DNA from: Aeromonas sp.
GTDB taxonomy: Bacteria > Pseudomonadota > Gammaproteobacteria > Enterobacterales > Aeromonadaceae
Assembly (NCBI GenBank): GCA_051652185.1
Contig: JBOFTS010000008.1
Span: 57,820 to 81,819 of the forward strand
DNA: 24,000 nt
Direction: 5' to 3'
The translations under genes and the position numbers were made by a program. This document shows, piece after piece, positions 19,468 to 24,000 of the stretch. Numbering within the stretch: the stretch's first letter is position 1; each line of letters begins with the position of its first letter. The notes beneath the pieces are model-generated. The model was not told the DNA's origin. It ran no database searches and saw only the letters and a program-made list of their open reading frames with translations.

Positions 19468-21213
19468 ATGAAAGAGCATATTCATCATCTACTTGAACAA
19501 ACGGTAGCCAACCTCAAGTCAGCGGGCATGTTGCCAGCAGACTTAGAAGCCCGAGTACAAATAGATCGATGCAAGGAAAAAGCTCACGGTGACTTGGCTA
19601 CCAACTTGGCCATGTTGCTGGCTAAACCGGCTCGCAAAAACCCCCGTGAGCTGGCCGCTGCCATCATCGAGCACCTGCCGGCCTCTGACCTTATTGCCAA
19701 GGTCGAAATCGCAGGGCCTGGCTTTATCAACTTCTTCTTCGACCAGCGCTGGCTCGCAGGCCAAGTTGAGGCCATGGTCACCTCGGCTAACGCCAACATC
19801 AAGTTGCCAACCCCGCAAACCGTGGTGGTGGACTACTCCGCCCCTAACGTGGCCAAAGAGATGGCGGTGCACCACATTCGCTCCACCGTTCTTGGCGATG
19901 TTGCCGCGCGCGCACTGGAGTTTTTGGGTCACAAGGTGATCCGCGCGAACCATATCGGTGACTGGGGAACCCAGTTCGGTATGCTGATCGCCTATCTAGA
20001 AAAAATGTCTAACGAGCACGCCAGCGACATGGCCCTCAAGGATCTGGAAGCCTTCTACACCCAAGCCAAGCGTTGCTACGACGAAGATGCCGCGTTTGCC
20101 GAGCGGGCCCGCAACTACGTGGTCAAGCTGCAAGGTGGCGATGAGTACTGCCGCACCATGTGGAAAAAATTGGTCGATATGACCATGGCGCAGAACCAAC
20201 TCAACTACGACCGGCTGAATGTCTCCCTGACCAACAAAGACATCATGGGCGAGTCGATGTACAACGATATGCTTGCCCCCATCGTCGCTGATCTCAAAGC
20301 CAAAGGGTTAGCAGTAGAAAGCGAAGGGGCAACCGTGGTGTTCTTAGATGAGTCTAAGAACAAAGATGGCGAGGCCATGGGCGTCATCATCCAAAAAAGT
20401 GACGGCGGCTTCCTCTATACCACTACCGACATCGCCTGTGCCAAGTATCGTTACGAAACCTTGCGGGCCGATCGGGTGATGTACTTTATCGACTCCCGTC
20501 AGCACCAACACCTGATGCAAGCGTGGGCCATTACTCGCAAAGCCGGTTATGTGCCTGAATCTGTGCCGCTTGAGCACCACGCCTTTGGCATGATGCTGGG
20601 CAAAGATGGCCGCCCTTATAAAACCCGTACCGGCGGCACCGTTAAGCTAGTTGATCTGCTCAACGAAGCGCAAGAGCGGGCAAGCGCGCTGCTTGAAAGT
20701 CGCAACAGCGACCTTTCTGCCGAAGAGAAAGCCGATGTCGTCAATGCCATCGCCATGGGCGCGGTAAAATATGCCGATCTGTCTAAGAACCGCACCACTG
20801 ATTACATCTTCGACTGGGACATGATGCTCTCGTTTGAAGGCAACACGGCCCCTTATCTGCAATATGCCTACACCCGGATCCAGTCCATCTTCCGCAAGGC
20901 CAACATCGATGCCAACACCCTCACTGGTCATGTGACCCTGAACGAAGAGGCCGAAGAGGTGCTGGCGCAAAAACTGATCCAGTTCTCTGATGCGGTCAAC
21001 GCCGTTGCGGACAAAGGCATGCCGCACCTGCTTTGTACCTACCTGTACGAGTTGTCTGGCAACTTCATGACCTTCTATGAAGCTTGCCCCATCAACAAAG
21101 AGGGCGTCGACGAAGCGACCCGTCAGAGCCGTCTGCTGCTATGCGCCGCCACTGCCAAGGTGCTGAAGTTGGGTCTTGGGGTGCTGGGCATCCACACGCT
21201 GGAGCGCATGTAA
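19468..21213 (+). CDS. argS: Arginine--tRNA ligase
   Basis: Colinear with E. coli ArgS as recalled ([13 protein letters not shown]; [13 protein letters not shown]; [26 protein letters not shown]; [20 protein letters not shown]; [16 protein letters not shown]; [20 protein letters not shown]). Confidence 0.95.
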   Translation: MKEHIHHLLEQTVANLKSAGMLPADLEARVQIDRCKEKAHGDLATNLAMLLAKPARKNPRELAAAIIEHLPASDLIAKVEIAGPGFINFFFDQRWLAGQVEAMVTSANANIKLPTPQTVVVDYSAPNVAKEMAVHHIRSTVLGDVAARALEFLGHKVIRANHIGDWGTQFGMLIAYLEKMSNEHASDMALKDLEAFYTQAKRCYDEDAAFAERARNYVVKLQGGDEYCRTMWKKLVDMTMAQNQLNYDRLNVSLTNKDIMGESMYNDMLAPIVADLKAKGLAVESEGATVVFLDESKNKDGEAMGVIIQKSDGGFLYTTTDIACAKYRYETLRADRVMYFIDSRQHQHLMQAWAITRKAGYVPESVPLEHHAFGMMLGKDGRPYKTRTGGTVKLVDLLNEAQERASALLESRNSDLSAEEKADVVNAIAMGAVKYADLSKNRTTDYIFDWDMMLSFEGNTAPYLQYAYTRIQSIFRKANIDANTLTGHVTLNEEAEEVLAQKLIQFSDAVNAVADKGMPHLLCTYLYELSGNFMTFYEACPINKEGVDEATRQSRLLLCAATAKVLKLGLGVLGIHTLERM

Positions 21214-21216
21214 GAG

Positions 21217-22365
21217 ATGGCAACCCAGGATTATGTCGGTAGCGGTTCACGACGTCGGGCCGGTGGCCGCGGTAAGGGTACTAACGGCGGTGGGAACAAA
21301 AAGCCCACTGGCCGCCGCTTTCCTGCAATTCCCGCCTTAGTGGTTGCCGCATTGATAGTCGGCTTTGGTGGCTTTCTCTATCTCATTAATGGCCAGGGGG
21401 ATGATGCCCCCACCATTGAAGAGCAGGTCAAAGCCAATAAACCAAAACCGAAAAATGATGGCCTCCCGCAAGAGAAGTGGACCTATATCGAACGGCTCGA
21501 AAATAAGCAGGTCGATGTCATCGCGCCCCCTCCTCAACCGGGTGTCTTGCCGCCACCTCCGTCTGAAGTGCTGACCCAGCCGCCAGCTAATATGCAGCAG
21601 GCCGCTATCGAGCCCAAGCCGTATCAGCCCAATCCGGCGACGACGCCGGTGACAGATACCCCGGTCGAGAACGTGCAGCAGCCGGTGATCGATCGCCAAG
21701 CGGAGCAAGCGCGCATAGCCCAAGAGATTGCTCGCAAGGCTGAACGCGAGCGGCTCGCCGAGCAAGAGCAATCGAACCTGCTCGAAGATCGCCAAGCCGA
21801 GCAAGCGCGATTAGCAAAAGCCAATGCCCGTAAAGCCGAGCAAGCACAACTAGCGAAAGAGCGGGCCCGCAAGGCGGAACAAGCACGCCGCACCGCGCAA
21901 GAGCTTGAACGCAAAGCGGCGCAAGAGCGCTACGCACTGCAAGAGATCGAACGCAAAGCTAAGCAAGAGCGCAAAGCCGAGCAAGCGATCGAACGCCAGG
22001 CAGAGCAAGCACGCCAAGCTGAGCGAGAGCAGATGGAGCGTGAGATCCGTGCCCAAGTAGCCAAAGAGCGCGCGGCCGCCGCCAAAGCGGTGCCAGTGGC
22101 CAGTCAAGAGAAGCCAGCGAGCGCGGACCATAGTCGTTATATGATCCAATGTGCAGCACTGCGCTCACAAGAGTCGGCTGAGTCACTCAAGGCGCGAATT
22201 GCGTTTAGCTCTGGCCTCAGCTCTAGCTTGCAGGTGGCCAATAGCGCCAATGGCACTGTCTATAAAGTGATGGTCGGCCCCTTCAAGGGCAAAGAGGCCG
22301 TCAGTGACGCCAGCGGTACGTTACAAGGCGCAGGCATCAACGGCTGTATTGTCAAAAGAGGCTAA
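21217..22365 (+). CDS. ftsN: Cell-division protein FtsN (N-terminal TM anchor, long charged linker, C-terminal SPOR domain)
   Basis: MATQDYV...RRFPAIPALVVAALIVGFGGFLYLI (TM segment) and GLPQEKWTYIERLENKQ (conserved FtsN helix). The C-terminus YMIQCAALRSQESAESLKARIAF...VYKVMVGPFKGKEA is SPOR-like. The gene sits immediately upstream of hslVU, as in E. coli. Confidence 0.85.
   Translation: MATQDYVGSGSRRRAGGRGKGTNGGGNKKPTGRRFPAIPALVVAALIVGFGGFLYLINGQGDDAPTIEEQVKANKPKPKNDGLPQEKWTYIERLENKQVDVIAPPPQPGVLPPPPSEVLTQPPANMQQAAIEPKPYQPNPATTPVTDTPVENVQQPVIDRQAEQARIAQEIARKAERERLAEQEQSNLLEDRQAEQARLAKANARKAEQAQLAKERARKAEQARRTAQELERKAAQERYALQEIERKAKQERKAEQAIERQAEQARQAEREQMEREIRAQVAKERAAAAKAVPVASQEKPASADHSRYMIQCAALRSQESAESLKARIAFSSGLSSSLQVANSANGTVYKVMVGPFKGKEAVSDASGTLQGAGINGCIVKRG
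21691..22089 (+). repeat. Intragenic low-complexity / imperfect tandem repeat region encoding (R/K)(Q/K)AEQAR-rich charged helix in FtsN
   Basis: GATCGCCAAGC(G/C)GAGCAAGCGCG occurs at 21691 and again at 21787 (96-nt offset). A related gaacgccaggcagagcaagcacgc occurs near 21990. The protein shows RQAEQAR x3 and many ARKAE/ERKA units. Confidence 0.8.
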
Positions 22366-22385
22366 TCATTCGATTGGCGATAACG

Positions 22386-22420
22386 CAGGGCCGGGTCATG
22401 ACACCCGGCCCTGTTTTTTT
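22386..22420 (+). terminator. Rho-independent terminator of ftsN
   Basis: cagggccgggt (22386-96), loop catgac, acccggccctg (22403-13), then ttttttt (22414-20). Confidence 0.85.
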
Positions 22421-22475
22421 GTGGCCGCCGCCGCCATCGCGGCTCATCTCCTTGCATCACCGACTACCCCCAGGG

Positions 22476-22503
22476 TTGAAAAGCAGGGTAACCATCCCCA
22501 TCT
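22476..22503 (+). promoter_or_regulatory. Sigma-32 (heat-shock) promoter candidate for hslVU
   Basis: gTTGAAA (22476-81), a 14-nt spacer, then CCCCATCT (22496-503). This matches the sigma-32 consensus CTTGAAA-N13-15-CCCCATnT. hslVU is sigma-32 dependent in E. coli. Confidence 0.65.
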
Positions 22504-22554
22504 TTCTTGCCATGCACAGTCAGGCCGTCATTCGGCTCAAGCGAGGTAAGTAAA

Positions 22555-23088
22555 GTGACTACCATAGTTTCAGTTCGTCGCAACGGTCAGGTCGTCATCG
22601 GTGGCGATGGCCAAGTTTCCCTTGGCAATACCGTCATGAAGGGCAACGCCCGCAAAGTTCATCGTCTTTATAACGGTAAAGTGCTGGCAGGCTTTGCCGG
22701 CGGCACCGCCGATGCCTTCACCCTGCTTGAGCGTTTCGAAGCCAAATTACAGGCTCATCAGGGTAATTTAGAGCGTGCCGCCGTGGCGCTGGCTAAAGAG
22801 TGGCGCACCGATCGCGCCCTGCGCCGTCTTGAAGCGCTACTGGCCGTGGCCGACGAACATAAATCCTTCATCATCACCGGTAACGGTGACGTGGTGCAGC
22901 CAGAGCACGATCTCATCGCCATCGGCAGCGGCGGTAACTTCGCCCAATCGGCCGCCATCGCGCTATTAGAAAACACCGAACTCGATGCCAAGACCATCGT
23001 TGAAAAGTCGCTCAAAATTGCCGGCGATATCTGCGTGTTCACCAACGGCAACCACACCATTGAAGTGCTGGATTACGCCGCCCAATAA
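22555..23088 (+). CDS. hslV: ATP-dependent protease subunit HslV
   Basis: GTG 22555, with GAGG 8 nt upstream, gives (M)[34 protein letters not shown]..., the canonical HslV N-terminus with catalytic Thr. The ORF-track start at 22507 adds a non-homologous extension. Confidence 0.93.
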   Translation: MTTIVSVRRNGQVVIGGDGQVSLGNTVMKGNARKVHRLYNGKVLAGFAGGTADAFTLLERFEAKLQAHQGNLERAAVALAKEWRTDRALRRLEALLAVADEHKSFIITGNGDVVQPEHDLIAIGSGGNFAQSAAIALLENTELDAKTIVEKSLKIAGDICVFTNGNHTIEVLDYAAQ

Positions 23089-23164
23089 CAGCGCACGCGT
23101 ACCCCACCCTTGACCCCATTTTGCAAGGGGTGGCCCAGCCCACCCCGGATATAGGAAGCTAATC

Positions 23165-24000
23165 ATGTCTGAGATGACGCCTAGAGAGATCGTCCACGAA
23201 CTGGATCGTCACATCATTGGCCAAGCCGACGCCAAGCGCGCGGTTGCCGTTGCCCTGCGTAACCGCTGGCGCCGGATGCAGCTCACTGAAGAGATGCGCC
23301 ATGAAGTCACCCCCAAAAATATTCTGATGATCGGCCCAACCGGGGTCGGTAAAACTGAGATCGCCCGTCGTCTGGCCAAGCTAGCCAACGCCCCCTTCAT
23401 CAAGGTTGAAGCCACCAAGTTCACCGAAGTCGGGTATGTGGGCAAAGAAGTCGACACCATTATTCGTGACCTGACCGATGTCGCTATCAAGCTGGTGCGC
23501 GAGACCGAGATGGCGAAGATGAAATTTCGCGCCGAAGAAGCGGCCGAAGAGCGCATTCTCGATGCATTGCTGCCTAACCCACGCAATACCTGGGGCGAAG
23601 AAGAGAAGGCCAACAACGACAACACCCGCCAGGTCTTTCGCAAAAAATTGCGCGAAGGCCAGCTCGATGACAAAGAGATTGAACTAGAGCTTGCAGCCAA
23701 CCCAATGGGGGTTGAGATCATGACCCCGCCGGGCATGGAAGAGATGGCCAGCCAGCTGCAGGGATTGTTCCAAAACATCGGCCAGAACCAGAAGAAAGCG
23801 CAGAAGATCAAGGTCAAAGAGGCCATGAAAGCGCTGATCGATGAAGAGGCGGCCAAACTGGTTAACCCAGAAGAGCTCAAGCAAAAAGCGATCTCGGCGG
23901 TAGAAAACAACGGCATCGTGTTCCTCGACGAGATCGATAAAGTCTGTAAGCGCGGCGAAAGCTCAGGCCCTGATGTTTCTCGCGAAGGGGTGCAACGCGA
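23165..24000 (+). CDS. hslU: ATP-dependent protease ATPase subunit HslU (3'-truncated by window edge)
   Basis: This ORF is absent from the supplied ORF track because it runs off the window. ATG 23165 with AGGAAG upstream translates as [40 protein letters not shown]...[41 protein letters not shown], which closely parallels E. coli HslU as recalled. Confidence 0.93.
   Translation, partial: MSEMTPREIVHELDRHIIGQADAKRAVAVALRNRWRRMQLTEEMRHEVTPKNILMIGPTGVGKTEIARRLAKLANAPFIKVEATKFTEVGYVGKEVDTIIRDLTDVAIKLVRETEMAKMKFRAEEAAEERILDALLPNPRNTWGEEEKANNDNTRQVFRKKLREGQLDDKEIELELAANPMGVEIMTPPGMEEMASQLQGLFQNIGQNQKKAQKIKVKEAMKALIDEEAAKLVNPEELKQKAISAVENNGIVFLDEIDKVCKRGESSGPDVSREGVQR

Noticed and set aside
21337-22186. 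Several 75-155-aa minus-strand ORFs opposite ftsN
   Set aside because: They are artefacts of the repetitive GC-rich linker region (Ala/Arg/Leu-rich), whereas ftsN is supported by TM, conserved-helix and SPOR features.
23209-23916. 235-aa minus-strand ORF, the only ORF the track lists in this region
   Set aside because: It is antisense to the unmistakable hslU reading frame (23165 onward, plus strand), which the track omits because it runs off the window. Its composition is low-complexity Ser/Ala/Leu.

Overview
This is a 24-kb chromosomal window from a moderately GC-rich gammaproteobacterium. Gene content and order (ftsN-hslVU, argS, uppP, galETKM, E. coli-like lacY/lacZ) look Vibrio-, Aeromonas- or enterobacteria-like, but I cannot name the species from sequence alone. 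Most of the window is core metabolism. Left to right it holds a PoxB-like 3' end, ygiW, and then a large galactoside supercluster. On the minus strand that cluster has lacY-lacZ, a GH36 alpha-galactosidase and galR; on the plus strand it has galE-galT-galK-galM. Three GalR-type operators tie the cluster together. After it come uppP, a LON-domain protein, argS, ftsN, hslV and the 5' part of hslU. The only clearly accessory segment is about 921-4430, wedged between the ygiW and lacZ terminators. It carries (i) a very AT-rich 580-aa gene fusing a P-loop/kinase-like N-terminus to a zinc dCMP/dCTP deaminase C-terminus, which is the AvcD / 'dCTP deaminase' nucleotide-depletion anti-phage architecture. 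It also carries (ii) an adjacent Xre(DUF2384)-RES type II toxin-antitoxin pair. The roughly 300-bp non-coding stretch 5' of the deaminase gene is the best place to look for a cognate inhibitory RNA. I saw no rRNA, tRNA, CRISPR array, IS element or integrase. All calls rest on motif and family recognition by eye and on hand-indexed coordinates; no searches were run.
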